DNA of 63,392 nucleotides, the filler included, from Octopus bimaculoides (lineage: Eukaryota), in assembly GCF_001194135.2 (NCBI RefSeq). It is 5 parts of 5 records of this genome, joined end to end, with 100 filler letters (N's around TTAATTAATTAA, not from the genome) between each part and the next. Parts side by side here need not be neighbours in the genome. Positions count along the whole stretch, not along the records: positions 1 to 27,916 come from NC_068988.1; 4 more parts are not named here. One strand, given 5' to 3'. Both the position numbers and the translations under genes were made by a program. The stretch's first letter is position 1; each line of letters starts with the position of its first letter. Shown here piece after piece: positions 1 through 13,402 of this stretch. Under the pieces are notes generated by a model. The model did no database searches, was not told the origin of the DNA, and saw only the letters and a program-made list of their open reading frames with translations.

Positions 1-29
1 GGGGGGGACAAACACAGACACACAACCGG

Positions 30-64
<35 letters not shown>

Positions 65-691
65 ACATAATCTGCATGTGTGTGTGTGCGTGTGTGCGTT
101 TGTATGTGTTTATATATACATGTAATCAAGCATATATCTATGTATATTTTTATGTATGCATGTAAATATGGGTGGATAGAGGGACTGGTGTAGGTATATA
201 TGCATATACGTATGTACGTATCTATGCGAACACATATTCATGCAAGTATGGATGTCTTTGTATGCATGGATTTGTATGTTTTGACTTGATTATGCATATA
301 TATTCAATTGTTTCCGTGTTTACACTTCTAGGACGTTTAATAAATTTAAAAATCGTTTTATAGTTTCATTTTCATTTCTAACCACTAAAATAATTTTGTT
401 ACACTTCCTGGGTAGTTTTCTTTGTTTCTTCATCAAAAGTGTTAATGTTGTTTACAGCCAAGTTGTTTCTAACAAATCTCTGTTATAGTGAATTCAAGTA
501 TGAGGCGAATATCGCTTTGATCTCAAAGACAATGGATGCATGCGATTGAAAAAGTCATCAGTTACTTAGCAGTTATTTAGTTATGAGATTAAGGTTGGGC
601 AGTATATTCAATTAATAGTTTCTATTACTAAATATTAATCTGCTCACACTGATTTCTAAAATGTATTTATATATGAATGGAAGTATGTAAT

Positions 692-739
<48 letters not shown>

Positions 740-1219
740 TTATGCATGCGTGTATATATGTATATAAGTATGAATGCATGAATGTATACATGTATATATT
801 TTTGTACTAATGGATGCATGTATGGATGAATTAATGCATATATGCATGTATGCATGTATGTACATATGTATGAATATATGTGTATGTATTTATGTGTATA
901 TCCATCTATATATGTATGTAAATAGCTATAATATAAAATATAATAAACATGATTTGCATCTCGTTTAAAATAGTAAGTCAAATAATAAAGTTCTTTTTCG
1001 TAAAGTAAGTAAACCAAATAGATTACTCCAGAAATGTTTTTCTCCGTGACCAGGAAAATGACATTAATCTGCATTAATCTGATTAGTTTTTAGTATTATT
1101 AGATCCTCATCAAAAGACGAACACATATCTTCTATCCACAAGCTATTTACAGAGTTTCTTTTAATGCCAAGAAGACAAAATACATGACCTTCTATCTGAA
1201 TGAAAACCACCTGCCAATT

Positions 1220-1560
1220 TGGCACTCAACTCCAGAAGGTTATTGACTTCAAGTATCTTGACTTTCTGGCACGTAACAGAAGGCTTAGAATACCTGTAAC
1301 AGAAGGCTTAGAATACCTGGAACAGAAGGCTTAGAATACCTGGAACAGCATCTAGTGATCAACTATTTCGAAATTATTAAGGCTTGCCTTCTTCTGAGCA
1401 TGTGTAGTTTAGGTTTCTATGGTGACGAAATCTGGTGTATGAAGAAGAAATTTCAAGATTATCCTGATTGTACACATACCAGGCTTATTCTGAAGGCTCA
1501 AAACATCTTATAAACATGGCATAAACATAAGGTCAAAGAAATTTATAGACACATCCACTC
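1220..1560 (+). mobile_element. Degenerate RTE-type LINE, RT C-terminal fragment
   Basis: Broken frames read GTQLQKVIDFKYL, FYGDEIW (LYGxETW-like) and DCTHTRLILKAQNIL*TWHKHKVKEIY, matching RTE RT thumb/C-terminal motifs. Contains stops and frameshifts. Confidence 0.7.
1273..1350. repeat. 23-bp tandem triplication inside the RTE remnant
   Basis: G(T/G)AACAGAAGGCTTAGAATACCT occurs at 1273, 1296 and 1319, with a partial fourth unit and no spacers. Confidence 0.95.
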
Positions 1561-2954
1561 CTCTCTACTAATTTTGCTCAATGTAGGGTAGGGTTTGTTG
1601 AGTATACTGCTATCGAGCAGCACAAGTCATACCACATGTTATATTTTAAACACTTCTGCAACGTTATACAGGACAAAGAACACTTAAGTATATTGATGCT
1701 AGCGGCATAGATGTACAACATGAAATTCAGTCCTACCGAATCGAATCGAGTGCAGACATTCCTGGTGCTGCTTTGTGAAACGCATTTTGGTAGCGAACGT
1801 TTGAAGAAAAATTCAAAGTGAATATGATCTCTGTAATTGGCATAATAGACCATGCACTAGCAATCTGGGAGAAAGTCTAATGCGACTAGTCAGGTCTATT
1901 TTCTACCAACGGGAAGATAAAAAGCTATAGTGTAACTACATTTACGCTTCACAACAAGATTACCTTCTATGTTTATTAACAACGGCAACAAGAAAACTAT
2001 GAGAAAAACAACAGCAACAAAGACACTCAGTAATAACTACATTTTCCCCTCACTTTTCCTCTAAAATTTTATTTGAATTTATGTGTTTTGTATATACATA
2101 CATATTTAATTAATAAATTCAATAATGGGATAAAAATCTTTTACAAGAATTTTATGAGGAAGCTAGTGTGTAAAAAATTCATAAGGAAATTTTCTATTCC
2201 CAAGAATATAATTATTCGTTTATATTTATATAAGGGCATTTCTACAGAATAATGCCACACACCAGACTTCCCAAATAAACACATTTTAGTACCGAATTCG
2301 AGGAAAAGCAACTCTAAAAAAAAACAACCTTTTTTAAAAAAAAAAAAACTCAACTATGTATCGACCGATTTCACGATTACCAGAATGAAATCTCGTTTTC
2401 GCTCGTCAGCATAGTATAGTACCAATGTATACAAATAAACAAAATCCTCACCTTACCAAAACGAACACCTTATGTATCCGACAAAGCAAACGGAATGATG
2501 TTTATCCCTATACATCTCTGCAAAAAAAAGCTAAGATCAAAGACATTTCTTTCATCTTTTAAAACACACTAGGACACCACGTTATATGTCTTTACTGGAA
2601 ATGGATTTGCTTTTCTTCATCATACTATATATTACTGTTGCTGTTGTTGGTTGTGTTCGTGTTGATGATAGAATAAAACATGCACACACACACACACTCA
2701 CACACACACAATCACACACACACATTCAAATACATACATACATCTACTCACATTATGTACATTATATATACAAGTCTGTATGCGTGTTCATGTATGATTG
2801 TAACATGGTGATGGTTTTTCAAATCGTTAACTGTATAGTTTGGTCTTAATTAAAACGCAAATTGTTAACAATTTAAAACTACGTAATGCGATTTCTGGAA
2901 GCACGAAATCCGTAACCTGAGGTAGCCGTAAAACACGTGTTGCCTGTATATGAA

Positions 2955-2992
<38 letters not shown>

Positions 2993-5307
2993 CTTTCACT
3001 CTGTCTATATGTATGCATCAGCATTTATTCGTAAATGTTTATATGTATTCGCAAATATGTGTTTCCATATATACACAGAATTACAAATATAGATACGCAC
3101 ACAGCAAAACATAATCTCTGTACAATCATGTAATTAAATGTTTTTCTTCCATAGTTTTGCAAATTTACATACTGGTGCGAGTGCTTCTACTGAAACATAA
3201 CCTTTTAGGCCGCTATGCACACAGTACATCTATAGACGTAGCAAATATAAACGCTGTATAAACACGAACGCAAGTAACCTCAACAGCATATACATACCGT
3301 AACTCTGTGATACAAGTTAATTATGAAGTCGTTCCCAGATATCCGCAAACGTGCACGCATAAACGAGCACCCCACCCATACACACACAGACACATTCGCA
3401 TATCCGTAGCTCGCATAGTAACACGTAAGCCATACTCAAACAAATAAATGCTGCATGGCATCCTTCAATGATGATACATTTCTCACACGAGCTCAGAACC
3501 GGTCACTAACAGTTATCGATATGAACTGTTAAATCTCATCATATCGTTTTCTATTTAAGCTGTTCTCTAGGTGTAGAGAGACTATTTAATATGTCATTAA
3601 GTCACATACCTTAGCACAGATGTTTGCTATTGTTAGCTCACTGATATTGTAATAAGTGACTAATTTTTAAAATGCAATTAAAAACAAATTTAAACTTCAG
3701 ATTTAAAAATCGCATTATTCCGCATTCCAATTCAATGTGTCATACAATGTGTAATACTACTGCTTTTTAATATCCAATTGTTACAAAGCAGATAAGATCA
3801 GGCATAATTTGATCCAGTACGTAAGAAATTGTACAGTAATTAAGAAACAACTGTATTATGGAAGAGTCATGTTACCATTAAGTAACGCACTAAAACTATT
3901 ACTGTTGTATTTTTATCATTATTCACGTTGTCCATTATGAAGTGTCAAAAATGATCGTCACACATCTGTAACCACATCACTGACACAATTTTACCGTGCC
4001 TGTTAAAAATCAATGGATTGGCCAGCTTCTATAATATTTGGAGTTTTATATTTCATCTGAACAACACCAATTACACAACTCGCTTTTTATTTTGAATTCT
4101 GCTTTGATTTCTTCAATGGAAAACAGTAATGTCCTTCACATGTACTCTTCATTCTTCTGCTGTTCATCTTAAGTGTCACTGTGTGATGAGAAGACCAGTC
4201 AATGATAACACTTTCAAACTGAACGTCTCTTGAGACAGCTTTACTTGAGTGTTGTTCCGCTGAAAACTCCAGTTTCAACTCATTTAGTGAACCACTCTTT
4301 AGTTATACAATGTTTTTGCGACTTAGAACGGTGAGCTGTACCTACACATGCAACTAATTGACAAAAAGATAGACTGAATCATAGAGTATAACAGTGATAA
4401 TCAAGTACAGCTCTTATGGTTAATAATCCAAAACCAACGATCTCTCCTTCGGATGGCATCCTATACACTGCTGAGTAGGTGAGCTGCAACGCTAAAGATT
4501 TATCATTCAACAGTGTTGATAAGTTCAGCTGTAGCACAAAACGTTTGTCATTCAACAAATATAACTTTGACGAATTGCTTAAAACCTCTACGCATGATAA
4601 CTTACCGAATCAGATTTTTTGTAAACACTTTTGAAATTAACTTTTAATTATGCATAATTATGTCTCTTTAGTTGCATTATTCATTGGTTAAGAAGTTCGT
4701 TCCGCAAAATATCATTATCTATAAATTCGAATCAGTCCTATGAGTGCATTTAGTAGACGGAAATTGTATCGAAACCAATTGGCCGGGTACAATTCTGTCT
4801 CGCTATGCTACGCTTATTTTACCTGAGACTTAGGGCTATGGAATACTCAGTCACTTAAACATTGATTCAATATGAGGAAATTCATTTGATCGAATGATTT
4901 CAGCGTAAATAATCGAAACATATAGAAATCCCTCTAGTTCTGTGGAATAAGAATCAGTTACTCTGCGAACACTGCTGAAGCTTCAGAGACAAAGTATATG
5001 ACAAGAGAAGTCTAGTATTTTAGAAAATTCTAAGAAATTTCAAATAATTGAATTGAATCAAAGATGTATATGTTTACCTCTGTAAGGATTACTGCAACTA
5101 ATACGTTTGTTTCTATTACCTTTCAAGAGACACCACCATACACCACATCTTTTGTTTATGTTTCCTGTTCACAGTAGCACCACCGGTTGTATATATACAC
5201 CCTTGTTGCTTTGTGCCAAATTAAATAGAAAGTATATTTCCTGATTTCCTTTATTATCTTTGGTATTTCTCTTGTGAAAATTACAAACATATTTCTTTGC
5301 ATTTCAG

Positions 5308-5318
5308 CCAGATGAACG
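5308..5318 (+). other. Candidate 11-nt microexon
   Basis: tttctttgcatttcag|CCAGATGAACG|gtgagt: strong acceptor and consensus donor. No homology support. Confidence 0.3.
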
Positions 5319-5984
5319 GTGAGTATGTTCAAACTCAGACTTTCTAGTGGCTGTGAAAAAAAAATGAAAAAAATTTAAGAAGTCTTAAGTGATAAACAGC
5401 AACACAGTTGCAATGGTTGGTAGAAGAACTCTTAACAAACCATTAATCACAATTGATTATTCTAATAAATTTGAAGTTGTGCCTAGACGGTGATTTTCTC
5501 CGGGTGGACGTTATGGAAACACAAATCAAATTACGACTGCTACAGACAATGATGGTTCTTACAAACTCAGGTGAAATTGACTTGTTAAGAAAAGTGAAGA
5601 AGTTTTATGTTTAAAACCCTAAATAAGAGACAATAGTAGGAATTAATCAAATCCGGGAATTAGCTAGTGCGATAGTTATGTGTTCCATCATGCTGGCTAC
5701 AAGTTAGACGCATGAACTAAGCGAAAAGTGTTGGCATTGAAGATTAGAATAGAAGTGTACTAGTGAAATTTGTATGACCAATTGGCAATTGACGAATGAG
5801 AGGTGGCATTTATTGGCAATCTGGTGCTGTGGCTCTTTGACAGGTAGAAAGAAAGAGGAAATAGAGAACTGAGAGAAGCGAAGAGTAGGTTCATTAGCTT
5901 TAGGTTCGTTAGCTTCAAGTATCTCCGCATTCTGCCGTGGCAGTGACGATAGTAGGAAAATATTTTAGAAGAAGAGTTTGGAAA

Positions 5985-6290
5985 CCTCTTTTCTACCTTC
6001 TGTAAGCTATCGTTAAATAAGAGCTGCTTTTCGTCATCGTGAAGTATCTAACAAATGTAATGACGTGTATTGGAACATCAATATAAGCCCGTATTTGGTT
6101 GCTGTTACCCTTGATAACGTTCTTACATGGTCTGAGGTGTTTTGGAAGCTCTCTTCTTGTTCATCATTTACATCTCCAAGGTTTTCAGGAAATTGATCGA
6201 CGGGACTATGAAGGAAATGGAGTTTAATGTTCATGTTGCACCCAAGATCGTGGAAAACCGTTTTGAAATAGTCAAAAAAGCATTCAAAAG
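5985..6290 (-). pseudogene. DDE transposase C-terminal remnant, probably Chapaev3/CMC-like
   Basis: LGCNMNIKLHFLHSPVDQFPENLGDVNDEQEESF, then after a frameshift TM*ERYQG, matches the widespread GCNMSLKIHFLHSHLDFFPENLGAVSDEQGERFHQDI..MEERYQG motif. Superfamily name is from memory. Confidence 0.65.
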
Positions 6291-7954
6291 AGATTTTTAG
6301 AAAGTGCACATTGAAGAATGTAACCCTAAATATACTGTATGAAGAGGAGATTAACGTCATCGTTGAACTCCCTAGAAAGATCAGTGACATCTCCCTTAAA
6401 CCCTATTTTATTTAACATCATATAACAAACGGGCATACTGAACGGTATTAGATCCTTTATATCTGTAGGAAGCCTTTAGATAGTTACATGACTGCTTGGT
6501 AAAGCAGTGACATGTTTCTCTAATCATACCTAAGCATCTTACAAAATCACTCACTATATCTGAAAGGAGCCAGTAGGTAGTTAAATGACCAGCTAGAAAT
6601 AGTAGTCAAATCATCAGACTTTTAGAAGAACGGATAAATTGACTGATGTAGATGTCAACACAGTATATCTGAACAATGATTGACTAGTCAGGACATCAAA
6701 GTATTTCATGACTGGCCACCTCTGTCGAAGTCGAAAAAAAAGAATTGTTGATTTGTTGACTGACCACATACAATTCTTTGTAAGAGGACTGTAAATGGTC
6801 TCACATTTTGCTAAAATAGCAGAAAAATCTCCCTAAAACCACACCCAACTACTGTTAAATAATATGGACAACCTGTACAATATTGTCCAAGGTAAACTTA
6901 TTCATATCTAAAGAGGCTTGAATGCCTTTTTCCTTATGTGTTCAGTTTCAAGTGACCTAGGGCTAACCAACACCAACAACAACCACATCACTGATAACAA
7001 CAATATATTTAGCGCAATTTACATTTGTTTTGTATGGGCCATAGATGATAGAGTGGAGCAGCAACTCTGCTGGAAATGAACTCATTATTGCTGCAAGGGA
7101 TTGAAAGATGATGTCAAGGGAGTCACTAAAACTTTGTTGTTTTTTCATGTTCATCGCATCACATAAAGCCACTTTTCTCCTAGTTGATTTCTCTTTTTTC
7201 CCTTCACTTTTTTTTTTGTAGTGCAGCGGGGTGGTGTGAAAGAGAGGGAAGTTCTTATACGACACTGCTAAGAACTCTCACAATTATCAATATTTCTCTG
7301 TTTTGTTCTTTTCGATTTATTTTCCTTTTATTCAGTTCTTTTGCAGTCATATATATTTATTTACATTTATACTATTTATTTAATACATTTTGTATTTGTT
7401 TATTTTATTTATCTAATTTCATTCTTTCCTGGCGGCAACCTATTATGTTAGATTGGCAAGCAATTAGACAAACTCTGAGGATTTGTCGACAGGAGATTTA
7501 TGCTAGCAGGAGAAAGAATCTGAGAGATAGAAAGGGGGGAAAGATGTGTAATGTGTGAACGTATGCCAGTGTATCTACTTACACATATACATACACGGAT
7601 ATGTGTGTGTTTGTATGCATGCCTGTGTATATGTGTGTTTGTAGAGTGATATTTTGGCATGTGTGTGCTTCTGTATATGTTTTGCTTTTTTTACATGAGT
7701 GCGCACAAATATATATCTCTGTGCGTTTGTGTGTGTGTATAAGAGAGAAACAAGCCGAAAAAATAAGAGAAAATAAGACAGTGAGAAATATATGGTAATG
7801 CTAACATGAATCTTTCTCTATCACTATCTCTCCAGCTTTTTCATACACAAGTGCGCGCACACAGACAAAACACGGGCACACAAATACATATATGTATGTA
7901 TATATATATATGTATGTATGTATGCACACACACATATAAACACATTTGTGTGTG

Positions 7955-8049
<95 letters not shown>

Positions 8050-8167
8050 NNNNNNNNNNNNNNNNNNNNNNNNNNNNNNNNNNNNNNNNNNNNNNNNNNN
8101 NNNNNNNNNNNNNNNNNNNNNNNNNNNNNNNNNNNNNNNNNNNNNNNNNNNNNNNNNNNNNNNNNNN

Positions 8168-8215
<48 letters not shown>

Positions 8216-9481
8216 TGAAGAAATGTAAATATGCGTGCACGCGCGCATGTGTATGTGTGTATCAGCAGATAATATAAAGAAAGCCTTCGTAATTCTACTT
8301 TTATATTTTTATATTTAATTTATTATCAATATAAACGTTATGTATTCTGTAGTTATACCTCGTTGTAAACGCTAATTGCCATCGCTTGATGCAATGGAGA
8401 TGGAGAGGGTTCGTTGAGTCTATACGCATGCGTTTAAATCGTTTTTCATGGATAAATTTATTAACTTTATCGGTTTAACTGTTGCAGCAAAAATTATTTT
8501 TTTAATATTTTCTTATGAGTATTAATTAAGAATGAATTAAGAAAATTCTGTTCCAATGTAGGTGAATCTTATTAATTCAACGCCATATTCATTTGGTGAC
8601 ATATATCTGTCCAAGCAACTAATAACGCATATGTATGTTAATTGAAATTCACATGATTTATTTGTTCACTGTTTTAATTTTGATTCTTCTCGGTTAGGTA
8701 TAGATTACAGGTTTTGTGCAATTAGGTATAAGTATTAACTGACCCTAGTAGCCGCTTCATAATTTTATATAATATGTTACTGTTTTAGAAATAACAAACG
8801 TTCGTTACGAAGTTACTGATGAATCGTTTCTGTAAACCTACGAAAGTGTAATAAACTCGGTGGTACCGGAGCTTAAATTCATTTGTTGTTTATTCGGCAC
8901 AAGCTGTGGTGTTCTTATTATTGTTAAATTTGATTGTGGCTGACTTAGTATCTAATTTTGCAAAAGAGTTATCTTTAGCAAGCGTTTAGTTTATTTGAAT
9001 GGAAATTGTACTTTACGACGGTGATGTTTTTTTGATTTTTAATGATTCAAACTATTCATACTGATAATGTATGATAACATATTAGCCAAGTGCATACGTG
9101 TTGAATAACTAATTCTGAATATTTTATATTCTTTTGCTCAGGACACAGATGAAATCTTATAAAACAGAAAAATATTTTCCATTTGAGGTATTGACATTGA
9201 TTATGACGGATTAAACTGCGTAACATTTCTTTTGTGCCTCCACTTACTAGGCTGTGCATGATTTTAATATTTAACGTTTTCTTTAAACTACTAGCTGTTA
9301 CTACCTTATTTACTACTCAACAAAGACAATTTTTTGTGTAAATGTGGAAGACAGCAATGACATTCTTGACTAAACAAAGTACATTTTGCTTTAGAGGTCT
9401 TTAATTACTGTTTTATGGAGCCGTGCTCATAAATCTAAGCACAAAGATGATTCATAGCCTTTTACATACATACATACATAC

Positions 9482-9512
<31 letters not shown>

Positions 9513-9548
9513 CGTACATACATTCATACATACATACATACATACATA

Positions 9549-10380
9549 CGAGGTGGTACTAAAAGGTTCTCGGACTAGTTCTATAGCACGCCAGCAGATA
9601 GCAGCACATGGTTGCGCGCGTAGTAAGAGCTAGCAATAATCTTCATGGCGCAGTGTTCCGAGCGTCATGGCTGGGATTACTTCACAAGTTGTGAAATATG
9701 TTTAATGATCATGTGTATGCTGCAGACTGCGATTTTGTCATGGACAGGAACAAAGAACCAACGTAAAATTTTACGTTAAACTTGCGAAGTCTGCTACAGA
9801 GTCATTGAGCATGTTTTGGCAAGCTTACAGCGATGAGACAAAGGGTTGTACGCAATGTTTCGAGTAGTTCGAGCGCTCCAAAAGCGGTGAAACATCCCTA
9901 AAAGACCTACCACAAGCGTGACTCCGGAAATGTGGTATTGTGCATCAAGAATTGGTATCACTGAGCCAGACTGTCAATCTAGAGTTCTACAGCTACGTTT
10001 TGAGGGAGGGCATTCAGCCAAAGCGACCGGATCAGTGGAACGTGAAGAGCTGGATTCTTCACCGAGTTCTCCTCACTCGTCAGTTTATCGCCCAAAACAA
10101 CACAGTATCGCTTCCACACACATTCGTCAGGTTTAGCACCTGTGAACTTCCATCTCTTCCCCAAGATAAAAATGTATCTTAAAGGTCGCCGTTTTAACAC
10201 CGTTGTCGAGATCCGGAGCGAGTTGCAGAAGGTCATCGACTCCTTTACGGAAAATGAATTTCAAGCCGGATTCCAAAAGTTGCACGAATGATGGGACCGT
10301 TGTATTGTTGCGCAAGGTGACTACTTCGAAGGAGATTATGTTAAAGTAGGTAAATAAATTATCTTTTGTTAAGCATGAAT
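9549..10380 (+). mobile_element. Internally deleted mariner transposon
   Basis: TA then CGAGGTGGTACTAAAAG TIR-like start. N-terminus VKFYVKLAKSATES...QCFE*FERSKSGETSLKD. Later VHQELVSLSQTVNLEFY, KRPDQWNVKSWILH, LAPVNFHLFPKIKMYLKGRRF, WDRCIVAQGDYFEG. Right end runs into an N gap. Confidence 0.9.
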
Positions 10381-11221
10381 NNNNNNNNNNNNNNNNNNNN
10401 NNNNNNNNNNNNNNNNNNNNNNNNNNNNNNNNNNNNNNNNNNNNNNNNNNNNNNNNNNNNNNNNNNNNNNNNNNNNNNNNNNNNNNNNNNNNNNNNNNNN
10501 NNNNNNNNNNNNNNNNNNNNNNNNNNNNNNNNNNNNNNNNNNNNNNNNNNNNNNNNNNNNNNNNNNNNNNNNNNNNNNNNNNNNNNNNNNNNNNNNNNNN
10601 NNNNNNNNNNNNNNNNNNNNNNNNNNNNNNNNNNNNNNNNNNNNNNNNNNNNNNNNNNNNNNNNNNNNNNNNNNNNNNNNNNNNNNNNNNNNNNNNNNNN
10701 NNNNNNNNNNNNNNNNNNNNNNNNNNNNNNNNNNNNNNNNNNNNNNNNNNNNNNNNNNNNNNNNNNNNNNNNNNNNNNNNNNNNNNNNNNNNNNNNNNNN
10801 NNNNNNNNNNNNNNNNNNNNNNNNNNNNNNNNNNNNNNNNNNNNNNNNNNNNNNNNNNNNNNNNNNNNNNNNNNNNNNNNNNNNNNNNNNNNNNNNNNNN
10901 NNNNNNNNNNNNNNNNNNNNNNNNNNNNNNNNNNNNNNNNNNNNNNNNNNNNNNNNNNNNNNNNNNNNNNNNNNNNNNNNNNNNNNNNNNNNNNNNNNNN
11001 NNNNNNNNNNNNNNNNNNNNNNNNNNNNNNNNNNNNNNNNNNNNNNNNNNNNNNNNNNNNNNNNNNNTGAATTGTTTTCTTTCTTTCTTTCATCTACCTT
11101 TTTGTGACTTTCTTTTTCTGAACTGTTTTCTTTTTTTTTTTCCTTTGTTTTTTGTTGTGACTTTCCTTTTTCGGAATTTTTTCTTCAACTGTTTTCTGTC
11201 TTTTTCTTCCTTCTTTATTTT

Positions 11222-12372
11222 GAAGAAATAGTGTGGGAAATTAACCCACCCAAAGAATGGGTGACTGATTTGGAAAGGAGGACGGTGGTTCTAAGGACTT
11301 ATTCAAAGTCCTTGGATACCATTGTCCCCTTTCCGAGGTCAGAAATAGAAAAGGAGCTGGCGGAGCACATGCCGGAGATAAATGATATCGCCAGGGGTTC
11401 CAGATATGCAACTATATGGTTGCTGTTTGGAGCTCCGGAGACGGCATGTAAATTCGCCAGCCAGCCCCTGGAAGGGGAAAAAGTTTTGTTTCTCCCCTCA
11501 TATTGTGGGAGAAAATGTAAGCAGGCATTCGTATGCGGGTTGCCACCGGGTATAAAAGAGAGTTGGTTGGTCGAAACAATCCAAAGAGGACTTGGTGGCA
11601 CTAAAAATACTAAATTGTTAAACGTAAAATTGTTGCCAACTGTTGACTGGGTCGGGGCTAAGGCCATATTAACTTTGTGGACCCAGTTAGACGATGACAG
11701 CCTGGTCTTTCCAGACTACTTGACCATGCCAGGATCTAGGTATCGTGTGATCCTGGAGGGACGAGCCCCATGTGTCACGGATGCATGGAGCCTGGCGATT
11801 TGAAGAAGGATCGTCGCCTGGACGCGAAAGTGTCTCAGGAGCAGATAACCATCAAAAGAGTAGTCCTGCTCTGCAGGAAAAAAGAAAATAAGGAGGTGGT
11901 AGCCCCAACAGGAAGAGGTAAAAAGAGAAAGGTGGGCATTAATAGTAGCCCGCCGAAACCTCAAACAAATGTAGAGTTGGAAGAGGGATTGAGTCCCCCA
12001 GGTAAACCGGAGGACTCTTCCTCTCTCACCGGAAAAAATAAAAAGAGAAAAAGGAAAAGGTACCAGTGGATGTTGAACCATCGCCGGTGGGTATTGTGCC
12101 GCCGATGGTGGAAGGATCTATCTTTTACCGGAGGAAGAAGAAACGTTGGTCTTCTTCTATAGAGGGGGAGAGTAAAAAAAGGTATTAGAAAAATATCCTA
12201 AAGGAGAACCATGGCCTGCATGCAGGATCCCGAATGGCCTCCAGAGATAGCTGTGGAGGCCACAACATGGGGCGTAGCGCAGGAGCTACTTGACATCAGA
12301 GAAATGTGTTACTTGAAGCTGGGCGAAGCCGACACGACACTCAAGGTTAGCGAAAATCGGTCACAGGGATAA
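11222..12372 (+). pseudogene. Gag/LINE ORF1-like protein with decayed CCHC knuckle
   Basis: ORF 11231-11803 ends ILEGRAP. A 1-bp shift continues as CHGCMEPGDLKKDR (C-X2-C-X4-H-X4-C with H>D and C>R), then a Lys/Pro-rich tract. More GC-rich than its flanks. Confidence 0.7.
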
Positions 12373-12634
12373 GGAGGGTTATACATGAAAGGCGAAAAAG
12401 CCTCAGTGATATATACCAAGAACAATATGAACATTTGTAAGAGGCTTGTTGCCTCATATATGAGAACAATGTTTTCGGGGGTCAGCAATCGGAGGGCGTT
12501 GCTGTTTCCCCCCATTTATTCATTATTATCACCTTCTTTACACATGCCATAATGTCTTTGTCCAGCCCGCAGCTTCTTTCTTTTCTTTTTCTTTCCTTCT
12601 ATGTTAGGCCTTATGACCAATTTCAATGAAATAA

Positions 12635-12797
12635 AGAAGCTTCCTTCCCAACCTCATAGTTCCGGGTTCAGTCTCACTGCGAGGCACGTTGGGAAAATGT
12701 CTTCTACTGTAGCCTCGGGCCAACCAAAGCCTTGTGAATGGATTTTGTAGACGGAAACTGAAAGAAGCCCGTCGTATATATATATCTATGTGTGTGT

Positions 12798-12843
<46 letters not shown>

Positions 12844-13050
12844 ATGTATCTGTGTTTGTCCCCCTATCATCGCTTGCCAACCGATATTGGTGTGTTTACG
12901 TCCTCGTAAGTTATCGGTTCGGCAAAGGGACCGTTAGAATGAGTACTAGGCATAGAAAGAACAAGTCTTGAGATCGATTTGTTCGGCTAACAGTGGTACT
13001 CCAGCGTCGCCGCAGTCAAATGACTGAAACAAGTAAAAGACTAAAAGAAT
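12635..13050 (+). mobile_element. tRNA-derived octopus-type SINE (family A, internal TA/TG microsatellite)
   Basis: B-box-like GGGTTCAGTC, body ...GTAGACGGAAACTGAAAGAAGCCCGTC..., tail GCAGTCAAATGACTGAAACAAGTAAAAG. Homologous to many other copies in the window. Confidence 0.85.
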
Positions 13051-13073
13051 ATATATATACATATATATACATA

Positions 13074-13278
13074 GGCATAGGAGTGGCTGTGTGGTAAGTA
13101 GCTTGCTTGCCAACCACATGGTTCCAGGTTCAGTCCCACTGCGTGGTACCTTGGACAAGTGTCTTCTACTATACGCTCGGGCCGACCAAACACTTGTGAG
13201 TGGATTTGGTAGACAGAAACTGAAAGAAACCGGTCGTATATATATAAATATATATATGTGTGAATGTGTGAATGTGTG

Positions 13279-13311
<33 letters not shown>

Positions 13312-13402
13312 TTGTACCCCTACATCGCTTGACAACTGATGCTGGTGTGTTTACGTCCCCGTAAGTTAGCGGTTCGGCAAAAGACATCGAGAGAATAAGT
13401 AG
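13074..13402 (+). mobile_element. Second family A SINE, in tandem with the previous copy
   Basis: TGGCTGTGTGGTAAG head, GGTTCAGTCCCACTGCGTGG, same body as the 12635 copy. Confidence 0.85.

Noticed and set aside
1273-1350. 23-bp repeats as a CRISPR array
   Set aside because: The units are directly adjacent with no spacers, lie inside an RTE remnant, and the DNA is eukaryotic.
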